Shown in pieces: positions 1 to 12,499 of a stretch of DNA of 64,000 nucleotides. Made by a program: the position numbers and the translations under genes. The notes beneath the pieces are model-generated. The model was not told the DNA's origin, made no database searches, and saw only the letters and a program-made list of their open reading frames with translations. Source of the DNA: Podarcis filfolensis (lineage: Eukaryota); the NCBI GenBank assembly GCA_964270895.1, contig OZ185438.1. One strand, given 5' to 3'. Numbering within the stretch: the first letter of the stretch is position 1; each line of letters begins with the position of its first letter.

Positions 1-1482
1 AGGCAGTAAATGAAACTGAAAATAATGAAATCTCTCACACAAAACCCATAGTGTTCCTACTCCTTAGAGAAGACAATGGAAAACTCTCACTGGTCATAAC
101 ATATTAGGATTTTACTCTTGATATATAAATTCTGGAAGTCTGAGCAGCATATGAATACAAAAACAAACAGGCATCTAGACAGCTCCATCTCCTACAAACT
201 TTACAAAATACTAGCTTCATTATTACGTACACAAACCCCTTCTAGTAAGAATCACTTCAGTTTGAAAATAACAAAAATTCTGTGTTGTTTACTTCACAGA
301 CACCAATTTGATTTGTAACTTTAGAGCAAATTTCATTGTTTAAGAGCAAGGCTTTTTCAAAGGCAGGCTCTTTTCAAAATTATAGTTTGAGACTTCTTGT
401 TTCCATGGAAATGACCTTTTACTATTCTATGGAAATGGAAGTAGTTTTATATATTTCTCTTCTTCCGGGCTTTATTATACCAGCAAAACTATAATTCAGA
501 ATACAGTCCTCATGGCACAGCTGCCCACTCACCTAAGAGAAAATGGTGAAGCAGCTCAGGAGATTCCTGAGAATATAAAATTTCTGTTCATCTTTTCAAC
601 ATTGCAAGAGTGCCAGGAGATCATCTAGTGCATGCCGTGAGTGGAGGGAATGTGATTTTTTGTCCATTGATAGGTTCCTAGGGGAATATTTGGATCTCGA
701 TTTCTTTCCCTCTTTTCTAAGTCACTCTCTTGTGCCTTTTTATCTGAAGAACTGTAGAAGAGGTTTTAAAAAGTGCAGGACAATGGAGTTAGTTCATCTC
801 CAGTAGCAATATAAGAACAGGCTCCTCATTCAGAATCAAAATTTAGATTCTCCCTACCCACCTGGTTCTCTCTGTAATTTTTCTTAGAATAAAACTCTTC
901 AGTAGGCAGTGTGGTTTCTCGCCTGGAACACCACAGAAGATAATCCCCACAGTGGAATACTCTTTCCAAGCAAATGTAAAGTTCCACCCATCACTCTGTC
1001 AAGTTTGCAGGTCACATTTACTGCATTCAGCATTACACCGTGTGCAGCAGACAACATTTGTGCTAGTACTGTATAGGGAAACTCACCACTGCAAAATCCC
1101 ATGTTGAAATTGTTCTGTAGCAAAAGCCTGCTCCAGATTAGGGCTGATCCAAAACTGCTTATCTGTTTTCAAATTCTGCTTAGAGCCTTCTCTCCTCTGT
1201 ACAGTAACCTGCTCACTCCCTTTACATTTGGGGCGTCTTCATCTCATTTCCTTGGTCCTTTTCCTTTCATGTGATTTCCCCTACTCTGACTTAGCTCTGA
1301 TTCCATGTTACATCAGTAGTAACGATAACAACAGTTAATACTATTGACATTCCCTGTTAACCAGACAGAGAGCTTCAAATCTTATTTATTAATATAGAGC
1401 CCTTCATCCGTGGATCACAGGGCAGTCTACAATAGGAAAACACAAAAATACAAACCAAACAATAACGCTGGACTAAGAGGAG

Positions 1483-1548
1483 GCTGGACTAACTAGATGG
1501 GCCACTGGCCTGATTCAACAGGCTGTTCTTAATTTCTTATGCTCTTAT
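1483..1548 (+). mobile_element. SINE/LINE 3' tail fragment
   Basis: GCTGGACT..AGATGGGCCACTGGCCTGATTCAACAGGCTGTTCTT..TTCTTATG; a related reverse copy lies at ~46668-46770. Confidence 0.5.
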
Positions 1549-2193
1549 CATTTTGTATGAGCCACCTTACGTACTTTTGTAGAAAGGTGGAATATAATTC
1601 AAACAACAACAACAATTTTAGATAGAATCCAACATAATGCTAAGGCAATTGTGCTGCCTGTGCAATGATTTCTGCTTACACAAAGAAATGTTATCCCACT
1701 CGCTCACTCTGTATCCTGTAATACTTCCATAATTTCACAGGAGTTTTCCGTCTTATAACAGCAACTCCTCTTTCACACATTTATCCACTTTCTGGCCACT
1801 CTTCTTGAGTACGGGGATTTAAAATTAGAAGCAGCTCAAACATTGTAATATACTGCCTTGTCACATCTCCAAAAACATTTCACAATCATTTACTTAAACT
1901 GCCTTCCACATTGTCATCTGCCATATTGTGATTAATGCAATCATTAATCAGAACAAATTAGGAAAATATATTTGACTTCTGAGTGCAATTTCTGATGATG
2001 TCACTTTGTTATTTCTGATGAGATGGCAATTGTGTCACAGTGGGGGTGGGAATAAAGAGAATACAGGTCTAGTGAGGCAAGATTATAGTGCTAAATACAG
2101 ACAATATGAAACTATTTCTCTGAACAGTTTTGCAAAAGCCACATCTTGTATTCACATGCCATGCTCTGGTACTGTTATGAGAAGCAACAGCCT

Positions 2194-3075
2194 TAGAATC
2201 ATAGAACCGTAGAGTTGGAAGGGACCCCGAGGGTCATCTAGTCCAGCCCCCTGCAATGCAGGAATCTCCACTAAAGCATCCATGACAGATGACCATCCAA
2301 CCTCTGCTTTAAAAAACCTCCAAGGAAGGAGAATCCACCACCTCCCAAGAGAGTCCATTCCATAGCTGTCAACTTACAGATTTGAAAATAAGGGACCAGC
2401 AGCCTTGAAAATAAGGGACCAGCAGCCAAAATAAGGGACCTGCAGCCTCACCTGTTCCAGGCACTCCAGTCTTCCTGTCCTCCTGCAGTCTGGTCAAACT
2501 CATGCTGGTAGCTTCGAGAACACTGTCCAACCAACTTTGTAACCAGAGGTTCAACTGAATAGAATCTGAATCACATGCACCACAAGGCCTATGCAGCCTC
2601 AACTTAAGATGGCTCCCCGGCCTAGCTTTGCACTGCAAAGTGTGCAGCAGCACGTGCAACAAAATGGCGTCCAGCATTCAAAAACCCCCTCAGCTTGCAT
2701 TAACTAGCCACACAAAAGGCATGCAAGCTCCACCCCCCAGTCGTTCTTAGACTTCTTATTGGGTGAGCAACAGCCAAGCAACACAGTTGGAGCCTCCCTC
2801 CTCCCTGGCAGGCAGGGAGGGAGGGAGGGAGGGAGAGGAGCTGCTTCCTTTGAAATTTAAGAGACATAATTTAAGGGACATTTAAGGGACATCTATCAAT
2901 AAGGGACAGCAGCGGGACACGGCGCTGGAATACGGGACTGTCCCTTCAAATAAGGGACACTTGACAGCTATGGTCCATTCCCACTGTCAAACAGCTCTTA
3001 CTATCAGAAAGCTCTTCCTGATGTTTAGTCAGAATCTCCTTTTTTCTAACTTGAATCTATTGGTTCAGGTCCTTC
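2194..3075 (-). mobile_element. CR1 LINE 3' end, interrupted by a hAT element
   Basis: TAGAATCATAGAA tail (reverse of ATTCTATG repeats) and AGTTGGAAGGGACCCCGAGGGTCATCTAGTCC. The CR1 sequence resumes at 2973. Confidence 0.85.
2361..2972. mobile_element. Non-autonomous hAT transposon (612 bp)
   Basis: Perfect 12-bp TIR CATAGCTGTCAA/TTGACAGCTATG, 8-bp TSD GTCCATTC (2353-2360, 2973-2980), and subterminal AAATAAGGGAC repeats at both ends. Confidence 0.9.
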
Positions 3076-6061
3076 TTTATGCAACCATCTTTCAGAGCCA
3101 CAGAAGAAGCTATTTATCATAAATAAGCCCCTTTGTTAGTGTTCGCTGAGAGGTTATGCTTCTGTTCTTCCATGATCCTGGAATAGCAAAGAAGAATGGA
3201 GATATCCACTCTCCCACATACATTATGAACTCAGTTCAAGAGAAAAATGTTGTTTTGATCTAAGGGCACCAAAGACAGACAGGACAACATTTCCTGGTGC
3301 CAGTGGTGAATTTTCCGTCACTATGGTAACCTGATTTCCAGTACTGTATGTTTCAATCCTGAATAGAAAGCATCATGATAAAGAATTATAACCGGCGTGA
3401 TTATTACACTTGACCACTCTGAGTATCTCACTTGTGTTAATGATATATTTTAATTCAATTCACTGTGTTAACTGGGGCTGCATGAATTGCTACCCTTGCT
3501 AAGGGATGGAGGAGAATTTTGTTTGGTCTGCATACAAGTGACAGGTAACAATCAAATTTCACACTTCTCTAACTTTGTAGTATCATTTCAGAAATATTTT
3601 TTTTTCTGGGGGAAATACAAACAAAATGCATATTTTGGGGGAGATTTATAGAATAGCAAACAAAAACAATATTTTATGGGTAAGATTGTATACAAAAATA
3701 TGTACAATTGTAATGCAATTTTATGTGTGTGTTAAAAAAATGGATGGAATAGACTTATCACTGAATGTGTGAAACAAGCATGGAATGGAAAGAGACTGCT
3801 CAGTGTGTCCCTACCCTCACTCAATGTCACATCAAAGTCTAGATACATCATGTAATGGAATTTTCTCACACTCCATTCTTCCTATTTTTGCTCCTTCCCC
3901 ATGCTTCCTTGGAATGTCTCTGCACCATCAACCCTTTTGTGGCACGGTCCTACCTTTACAATGATGGTGCAATATTAAGATAGATGGTTTAGCAGAGTAA
4001 CTAAAGCTTAGTTCTCACTGAAGCTGTATGCTTTTGTCACTGACTGCTTTGCCACACAAAAGAATATCAAGTCAGAGAGAGGTTCTCTAGCCTAGTCTTC
4101 TCCTGACATGGTAGTCTTCCATGTGCAGCCCATGTTTATGGAGGAGCATTCAAAGGCCAGGGTAAGTTGTGTTGCTGTAGCTTACACCTATCCCAGACTC
4201 TGTGTAGAAGCGGGGTACTGCTGGCTCAGGGGCTGCTCTACTATGAAACTATGAATTAAGCTTAAGTTTCAGGGCTCTTGATCCTGGAGAGGTCCCAGAA
4301 GCAACTTTAGTCCACATTGCAAATTTGAGTTGCACGAATCAAATGGATTAATCTTTTGCTGTATATATTTCAACAATCCGGAAGTTTAAGAGCACAGTAG
4401 CACAGACATTGTAAACAACCACACTGAAGAAGATGACAGGGGTTACCCAGAGCTGGTTGCTGGTTCAACCAGCAGTTCAAGCTTCAGCCCCCCCCCCCCC
4501 AAATGTAGGTCCACCACTGTGCTGGCTGAGCTAGTCTGAGCCTGGCAAAAGGAAAACAAGTCTTTAAAATAGAGTTTGGATTGCAGTGCACTGGGTTGTT
4601 AGGTCATGTGACTGACTGGAACAGAGTTTGAAAGCGGGCCAAATCTCCCCCTGCCCTGCCCCTAGAACTTACCCAGGACTTATCCCAGGCTTGGCTAAGC
4701 TAGCTAAGCCCCAGCTAAGGAAGACTTACACCTGTGTGTCTGTGGCTGAGCCAGGATGATGACTCCAAACTCCACTCATTCCAGCTGATCTTGGGTTTGG
4801 ATTGCTCCCTGTGTTAGGGCCAGGTTTAGGTGCTTTCTGTAAGCCAGAAGTCACTCAGAGAAAACCTCATTGCTAGGTAGCCTTAAGGAAGCCCCTTTAT
4901 TTTAGAGTCAGACACACCTACTTGATAAGGCAGCAGGAGCAAGGATGAGATAATGTACCTGAATTGGCTTAAACAATCAAAAACATAATGTGAATATTAT
5001 TTATGAAATAGGGCATTTTGTAGAGGTAGTAGTGAGTAGAATCACTCACTGGTTTATAGTTAACATATTCAAGATGAAGGATTAAAGGACTAAAAGACAT
5101 CATTAAAATAATGGCCTGACTTTAAAAAGAAAGGGAGACATGGCATGCCTGGAATAGGATCCATCAGTTGTCACCATCTTTCTCAAATATATTTTATGAT
5201 CCATCTAAACAGCTTTGTCACTGGGTAAAATCAACCCCATACTTACTTATGCTACAAGCTGGCAGAGCCACTTGGATTCAGAAAAAAAGGATTAGGTTCT
5301 TCTCAATTTTTAATTACCACATTTCTGGCTGCAGTCAAAGCAGCACAGAGAAGTTTCCATTTAGCATTTTCTCATGCAACTGAATCTTAATCCACCCACT
5401 CTTTTTGATAAGACAGTGAATTGTGACCTAAAAGGGGGGGGGGGGAATGTGATAGAAAAAAGCATTATGGAAAAAGCTTGGATGTATTGTTATTTTTTAA
5501 AAATTTAGCACTGAAAATATTGTTAGGTAATGGTTACTAATTTAAATGGCTTATTAATAGAAACATTTTGTTTTTCTTAAAGGGTTTTGCAAAAAAGGAA
5601 ATGAAAAGTACATTAAATGGCTGGATCTTATAGACATGAATAGGTGGTTTCAAATTACTCATGTCTTTCATGCTTTACTGGTTCCTGTTTTCATTAAGGA
5701 ACTACCAAATAATCTTAAAATTATTTGCATGTAAAGGATACAGTTATAAGTTGGAATAATGTACATGTGTACTCACTGATTCTTATGGGGAGGAAAAAAG
5801 AGGTACCTTCCCTGCCAGATTGAGATGGGGAAGGAGCGAGATGCCTGTGCAATTTTGTACCAGGCTTGTGCAGCAGCTACTTCCGTGGGAGCCACTGCTA
5901 CATTTTCATATTAAAACCATGAAGAATAGGCCCATCACAGGGGTATTTCCATGTCTGCTACGAATAATTTACACAGAGGCAGCTTATCAAACGGTAAGGG
6001 GTAGCCATCACCTTCAGGCCTTGCCTGTGTACTCCCAGAGCAGAGGGCGTATGGGGTATTA

Positions 6062-6663
6062 GGGGAGGGGAAGCACCTCTGGTGGGGGACACGTCATGCT
6101 CCTTCTGGTGTAGCTGGTCCACCTTTGGACCCCACTCTGCTCTCACCTGTGGCCCCTAGAAGCTGTCCACACGCGACAGTGGCTGTACCCTGAGAATGGC
6201 TTCAACTGAGCAGCTAAACCAGGTTCCTACACATGCTAAATAGGGAAGTGAGGTGCAGATGGAGCTTGCCAACCTGGGAAGACAGCCCATCTAGCTGAAG
6301 GAAAACTCTGATCCTCAACCTCTGCTGCCTTGCGGGATATCTCTGGGAGAAAAAAAAATGCTAAAGGGTAAACCCTACACAGATCCAGAGTGGAGACCCT
6401 AAGGTGGTTGGATGGCTCCTTGTACACCTCTTTCCAGCAACTCCTTCAGCCAAGCTGGTGCCAAATGTACCGCTCTGCTTTCCTGTGGACACCATCAGTG
6501 AGACTGGGGGTGGGCAGGTCTTGTCACCTGGGCAGCCCAGGACCTCCATACACACTACCCAGGCTTGTGCTTGGGGAAGTCACTTTGGTGCTGCTAACAC
6601 AGCGGTTTGACTTCATCCCCGGAAGCACACTCCATTATCTCTTGAGACGAATGCCAACAACAG
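6062..6663 (+). mobile_element. RTE-LINE-derived non-autonomous element (5'UTR-like region joined to 3' tail)
   Basis: 6603-6660 aligns by eye with the 3' tail of the RTE copy at 63008-63075. The upstream part resembles RTE 5'UTRs (GAAGGAAAACTCTGATCCTCAACCTCTGCTGCCTTGCG). 5' boundary approximate. Confidence 0.55.
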
Positions 6664-7176
6664 CAGTGGCCAACAGGGCTGTGGGGGTGGGCTGTGGGGA
6701 TCCATTGCTGTACTGATGCCCCAGCACCCTGCATCACTTCCAATTACCAATGGGGCTGGTGGGCTGGTTGGCAGGCAGTGGGAAGCTCAGCACCGTGCAG
6801 GGGCGGCAGTCAAGCCCACGCAACTGCGCTCATACCATGCCAAGCTCCCCACTGCCTTGGTAACTAACCATGACGTGTGATGTTGAGAAACCAGTAGATC
6901 AAGGCTACCCTGCCAGCCGCTACTGCCCAGAGGAATGGCCAACTTCTATATTGCCAAGGATTGTACTGTTTGGTCCCAAGGCCAAGATTCCCCAACCGCC
7001 TCCCATATGGTTCGCTCTGTAATCAAGTGGACATAATAGCAGTGATGACTTCAGTGTATATGAACTAAGATGGGAGTGGTTCAGCAATTTAGAAGAATGA
7101 ATGTGCTTCCTAAAATGTTCCCCTCAGGAGGCAGATTGGAAAGACAAAAGACTGCTCCCAGAGAGTTCAAGAGGTA

Positions 7177-7178
7177 GT

Positions 7179-7246
<68 letters not shown>
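7177..7246. repeat. Compound (GT)n(GA)n microsatellite
   Basis: Direct reading. Confidence 0.97.
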
Positions 7247-7248
<2 letters not shown>

Positions 7249-7580
7249 ACCGATTCATTACTTACTTACATTCATTACTAAATCTGGACTAAGGGCCACT
7301 ACCAAGTGCATCTGGCTGGCAAAGTTTGAAATATAATACAGGTTTGACCCTTTTTAGGTCAACTAGGCTAACTGATATTTTCCACAGATTCCAAGTGTGT
7401 GCATACAGTTTTATAGGGAAGCCCTGGGATCAGAAATCAAGTTTCTCTTTGTAATATACATGTGTGGCCCTCGGACTTAGCCCCATATTTTCAAGTCATA
7501 ACCATAACAATAAAGTTATTGATTAATGTACAGAAAGCAGAAAACAATGGAAAATACATTTACGGGGAGCCTGCAGCAAT

Positions 7581-7581
<1 letters not shown>

Positions 7582-7620
<39 letters not shown>

Positions 7621-7627
7621 AATAATA
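7582..7627. repeat. (AAT)n microsatellite
   Basis: Direct reading. Confidence 0.95.
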
Positions 7628-7981
7628 GTTGTGCAACTCTATAATGTGAGATGACATCTAATTTCCCCATAAATTTCTATTTAAAAGTTGTATGTTTCTT
7701 GTCAGGGGTTGCCAAAACACAGTGTTTTCCCCTATTGCCATGCTGTGACAAAAGTCGGCTTGCCAGTGCCTGCAAGTACAAATATTCCCCCCTCTATGAA
7801 ATGAAAGTGAACAAGCGAGAATGAAGAGGATCATGCTCCTGCTGCAAATACTCTCCATGCATTCAATCTATGAGAAACAGTTTTCAAAGATGAAAACATT
7901 TAAGTTCCACTTATGAAGCACATTCTGTCATGAAAACAGTTGCTGATGAGTTCACTTGAGTTTCAAACTGTTTTATCACAA

Positions 7982-8216
7982 CAAAAAAATTTTTTTCCTT
8001 CCAGTAGCACCTTAAAGACCAACTAAGTTAGTTCTTGGTATGAGCTTTCGTGTGCATGCACACTTCTTCAGATACACAGATATCTTGGTATGAGCTTTCG
8101 TGCATGCACACGAAAGCTCATACCAAGAACTAACTTAGTTGGTCTTTAAGGTGCTACTGGAAGGAAAAAAAATTTTTTGTTTTGACTATGGCAGACCAAC
8201 ACGGCTACCTATCTGT
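7982..8216. mobile_element. Penelope-like element terminal fragment with inverted duplication and 16-bp TSD
   Basis: TSD AACTGTTTTATCACAA at 7966-7981 and 8217-8232. The 79-bp inverted arms (7982-8060 and 8101-8179) have one mismatch. Contains GTAGCACCTTAAAGACCAACTAAG and GAGCTTTCGTG motifs typical of reptile Penelope pseudo-LTRs. Confidence 0.8.
8038..8075 (-). ncRNA. Minimal (Penelope-type) hammerhead ribozyme motif
   Basis: Minus strand reads GUAU-CUGAAGA-A-GUGUGC-AU-GCACAC-GAAA-GC-UC-AUAC. Stem I is GUAU/AUAC, the core is CUGANGA and GAAA, stem II has 6 bp, and stem III is the palindrome AGCU. Confidence 0.7.
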
Positions 8217-9570
8217 AACTGTTTTATCACAAACAGTGCTGCACATACTGTAGATATTCCAGCACTCTGAAAGGTAAAAGACTCTCCCCTTATCAAATGT
8301 AACACAAATAATTAATTTACATGAAACTGCCTAACTGATCAGTATTTAGTTGACCTCTAATCTGAGGGACAAACAATCATCTCCTGACGTAGATGAATAT
8401 ACATCATCAAAAGACCGGAAGTTAACAAAGTGACTTTTGCTTAAAAGATCAAGGAAGTACTTGAATTAGAACCCAGAAGGTCCATAAAAGCATGGAGGGC
8501 TTTTTTAGAAGACCGCCACATGTTCAATGATTGCATTAGGTGGGTTCATGGGGTTGTACAACTAGTCCCACCTTGCTGTCCACGAGTTCCCTTTGCATAA
8601 AAAATGATCTACATGTATATTCACAAAGATACATAGAGATAGACCGTGCAAGTGGTGACCCTGATTCGGAAAGGTGCATGCACAACTTATAAAACACCAA
8701 ACACACAAAAATTGGGGTTGTGGTACCAAACCGTATTACAACTTTCTCAGGAAAGAAAATAGATATCTTAGATTTTATTCTCCAAGATAAAGAGTTCTTT
8801 CCACATAAACTATGATGAAATAATAGTAAAACATGTGGAGCACACTCTTCTTTGTTTGCATAGATTGTGACATCTGATTTATTACCCCATCTGTCAAATT
8901 GATCTGAGGAAGAAATCTGATATGTATTAAGGCAATACTAAGCCCACTTCAGATGAAAAGAATGAATACAATTCTATAATTGTTGTAAATAGCTAGACAT
9001 TTTTCATGATCCCAACACGTTTGAGAAATAAATGTATTAGTAGCATGAATATGTCAGTGGACATTAACTATAGTGGTTCAAACTAGAAATTGTTTTTTTA
9101 AAAAAATTGAATCAGAATTTTAAAAGGTTTGCTAACATTTCTGTTGCCTTAGGGTGCTTCCAGATGGGTGTTTTGTATGCGATCACTGTGGTAGTCATGC
9201 ATACAGTATAAATTTTTCACAATATCCCCATATAATCAGTGTCAAAATGCCAGTTCATAGCTTTTCCCTTCATTTATTCACAGTTTACACCTCCCATGGA
9301 AAATCTGATACATTAAAAAAAGAAAGCCATTCATTCACATTTTCTCAATGATCTGTTTGTGACATCAAGCCCCTATCTATAGGCACTCTTACTTACAAAT
9401 GAAATCTTGACTGAATACAGGCAAACATCATGAGATATATGCTTTCAGTCTATTAAAACTGAATCTGTAACCCTTTATCAAACACCAAATAGCTTTTCTA
9501 TGTATAAGGAAGAACCACAAGGAAAATCTGTAACTTCTGAAACCAAGCCTTATTAAGTGACACTATAGAT

Positions 9571-9697
9571 CAGGGTGACTATCTTGTGGCCCTACAGATG
9601 TTGCTGGACTACAACTCCCATCATCCATGACCTCTGTCTGTGCAGGCTGGGACTGATATGAGTTGTAGTCCAACAGCTTCTGGTGATCCACCCATCA
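9571..9697. mobile_element. Older palindromic hAT MITE, same group as 24177-24312
   Basis: GGACTACAACTCCCATCATCC / GAGTTGTAGTCC inverted core; termini decayed. Confidence 0.7.
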
Positions 9698-10085
9698 TAG
9701 GTCATGTATTATTGTTGAATATTCCAAGTATGTATAACTATCACTCAAACAGTTCATATGTTTTCTTTCTGTCCCATATAAACACATGGTTACCCCAGTA
9801 ACTACTATCCCTAAATTCTGGGATAGTAAATTTAAAGTAAAGGGTCCTGCTCAGTATCCTTACATATATACAGAGTCAAGAAGGAAGGAATCTGCTAATT
9901 TCACAGTTTCCCCTCTTCTCTCTAATCAGGTAATTGCATAACTGTGTATGTGGATAGCATGGTCAGAGATTATAGGTCATATTTAGTTGCAACCCAAGAG
10001 GTTTCCAGTGTTATAGCAACCAATCTGTATGCTTGCTTGTTCAAGAAGTGAATGGTAAGATGGTAAACTAAATTGGTTCTTTTTA

Positions 10086-10327
10086 CAGTGGTACCTCGGG
10101 TTAAGTACTTAATTCGTTCTGGAGGTCCATTCTTAACCTGAAACTGTTCTTAACCTGAAGCACCACTTTAGCTAACGGGGCCTCCTGCTGCTGTTGTGCT
10201 GCCGCTGCACAATTTCTGTTCTCATCCCGAAGCAAAGTTCTTAACCCGAGGTAATATTTCTGGGTTAGCGGAGTCTGTAACCTGAAGTGTATGTAACCTG
10301 AAGTGTATGTAACCCGAGGTACCACTG
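10086..10327. mobile_element. Tc1/mariner-type MITE, family A, copy 1
   Basis: TIR CAGTGGTACCTCGGGTTA/TAACCCGAGGTACCACTG with TA target duplication. Confidence 0.92.
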
Positions 10328-12499
10328 TATTGGTAATTTTTGCTGTCCTAAGGAAGGTGAGATTGAACGCTAGTCAGTAGCAATGCATTACCTCAGAAGG
10401 AGGTCAGGCCTTGTTTAAATGCAGTGTTCCCAATTCCTCTCCCAGGCCACACCTTTCTCTGTATCAACGATAAAATTTCCTATTCTGTATTTTTATTTGG
10501 GTACCATTTGTGTGTTAGCACTAGGATTACTGATTGGTAAAACATTTCTCTCCCACCTTTGTAAAACGAAGGTAGCTCCCAACAATCAGTATAGCACCAC
10601 AACGCAGCAGCTTGAGGCTAGGTCACATTCTACTCCTTAAAAGCTTACGTTTTTCTGGGTCTCCAACAAGCAAGGAATGGCAAGGTTTTCTATGAAAATA
10701 TTTCCAAAGAACCACAGCACCTAGCGTAAAGGACTCCCTCTCTACCTCTCCTGTATCTATGCAGGTTGTCTGGTGCAGCATCTGTAGCAGGTGACATTAA
10801 TAGGAAGGTGGAGGAGGCTCCCACGGTAAAAAATGTTTCCTAGGTGGTAATTTTGATAATAAATTCTGCTACTATAGTAGTGATATTGAAGTCAACACAA
10901 TGAAGGCATAACTTTTGCTATTAAAGTGCATATTTTAATTTATCTTATTAGTCAGTTAAAAATGAAATTTAACCTCAGATTCTTAAACCTCACATCGATC
11001 TTGCACATGGCTCACCAATCCTGTCACCTTCACTCCAGGTACCTTGTTAAGCTCTAACTATTCATTTAGTGAAAGAAACCTTACCATTAAGGAAGCTGCC
11101 ATCCCACAGGAATGGACTTGACATGCCTATGGACTTTCAGCCATAACCTCACACTCCAGATGTCCCTTTGAACCCCAGGGGGCAGAGGTCTCTTCTATGG
11201 ACATCTTCTCTTGCTTTCTCAGTGCTTACTTGGCATGGACAATGTCTTGTACCCTTCAAACCTCATCCACCTCCATTGGGTTAGAGGGTGCTCAGTTTCA
11301 CTAGGTCAATGGTACCACTTCGTAGGTGTATACCATCACTGCTATTTTTTACTTTATGCACTTAATCAAACAATAGGTGATAGCTAACTAGGACATACTC
11401 AGAGCAGATTCACTGCAATCAATTAGGTCTATTATTTCAGTGGGTATACTCTGAATATGACTAACACTGGATATCATCCAATGAGTCTGTAAAGGTTGTA
11501 AGATTATATCCAACAATTATTTATCCTCACTTGTTCTATATTTCTGCTCTGTTGTGGGTATTCCCCATAATACTTCAGATGTGTGTTGTGTTGTGATAGA
11601 CACCATCGCTGAACACATTTCCAAGTCTCTGTAACAGGTCAAACTTATGTGTGCAAATCCCCCAGTCGCCCCATGACCACTAGACACCCCAGCTTCTTAT
11701 TCTGCTTCGGAAAATATAACAGGTCCATGTGTGAACTAGCCCTAGCTCTAGAATCTTTCCAGCCCTTGTGTAGTTAGAGAAAGTAATGTGTGAACCAGGG
11801 CAATTTTGTTGGCAGGGCACATCTTCCCATCAATGACTCACATATGGGTGTGGGCTCGCTATGTGAATCCACATGCTCACACAAATGGCATAAATTTGGC
11901 CATCAACATAACTGAGCCAGCCTCATGTGTTACTTTCTCCACGTGACTGTATCTACAAGGCTGTTCTACCTGGGGAATTTTAGGTTATCTGAAGGAGCTC
12001 ACTCAAGTGTTGAACGATCAAGTAAAGAGAAATCAAGTGTTGTACAGGGATGTGGGGGGTTTGTCTTTAGATATGGAGTCCTCTGGATTGCATCCATTGT
12101 GACCTACATCAGAAACCCAGCATGATTTTGTTCTGAAGATGCACTGGGAGCATCGACAACAGTTCTATCGTAGAGTTACAAGCATGTGTGCTCTTACTGA
12201 GTACTCTTGTGTATCTCAACCCATGCACCTTGAGCTACAAAGAATTTTAGGTTATGACCTTTTGCATTTTCTCAAAAAGTGCTGTTGGAGTCAAGAGGGT
12301 GCCAGGTTTCCATACGTAAAATGAGACAGCACTTGACTGAGTCATTGTATGACACACCACATTTATGCCATTTCAATATCAAGTTATTTATGTATGCAAT
12401 TCAGAAAAGACTGCTAGGTCTCTCCAGCCCATTGTATCACACCAACTCAAATTCTCAAAAAATAAAAATAAAAATTCAAGACAAAGCCTCAACATTGTA

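Noticed and set aside
7943-7970. CTGATGAG next to the Penelope insertion
   Set aside because: No stem II or GAAA follows; not a hammerhead.
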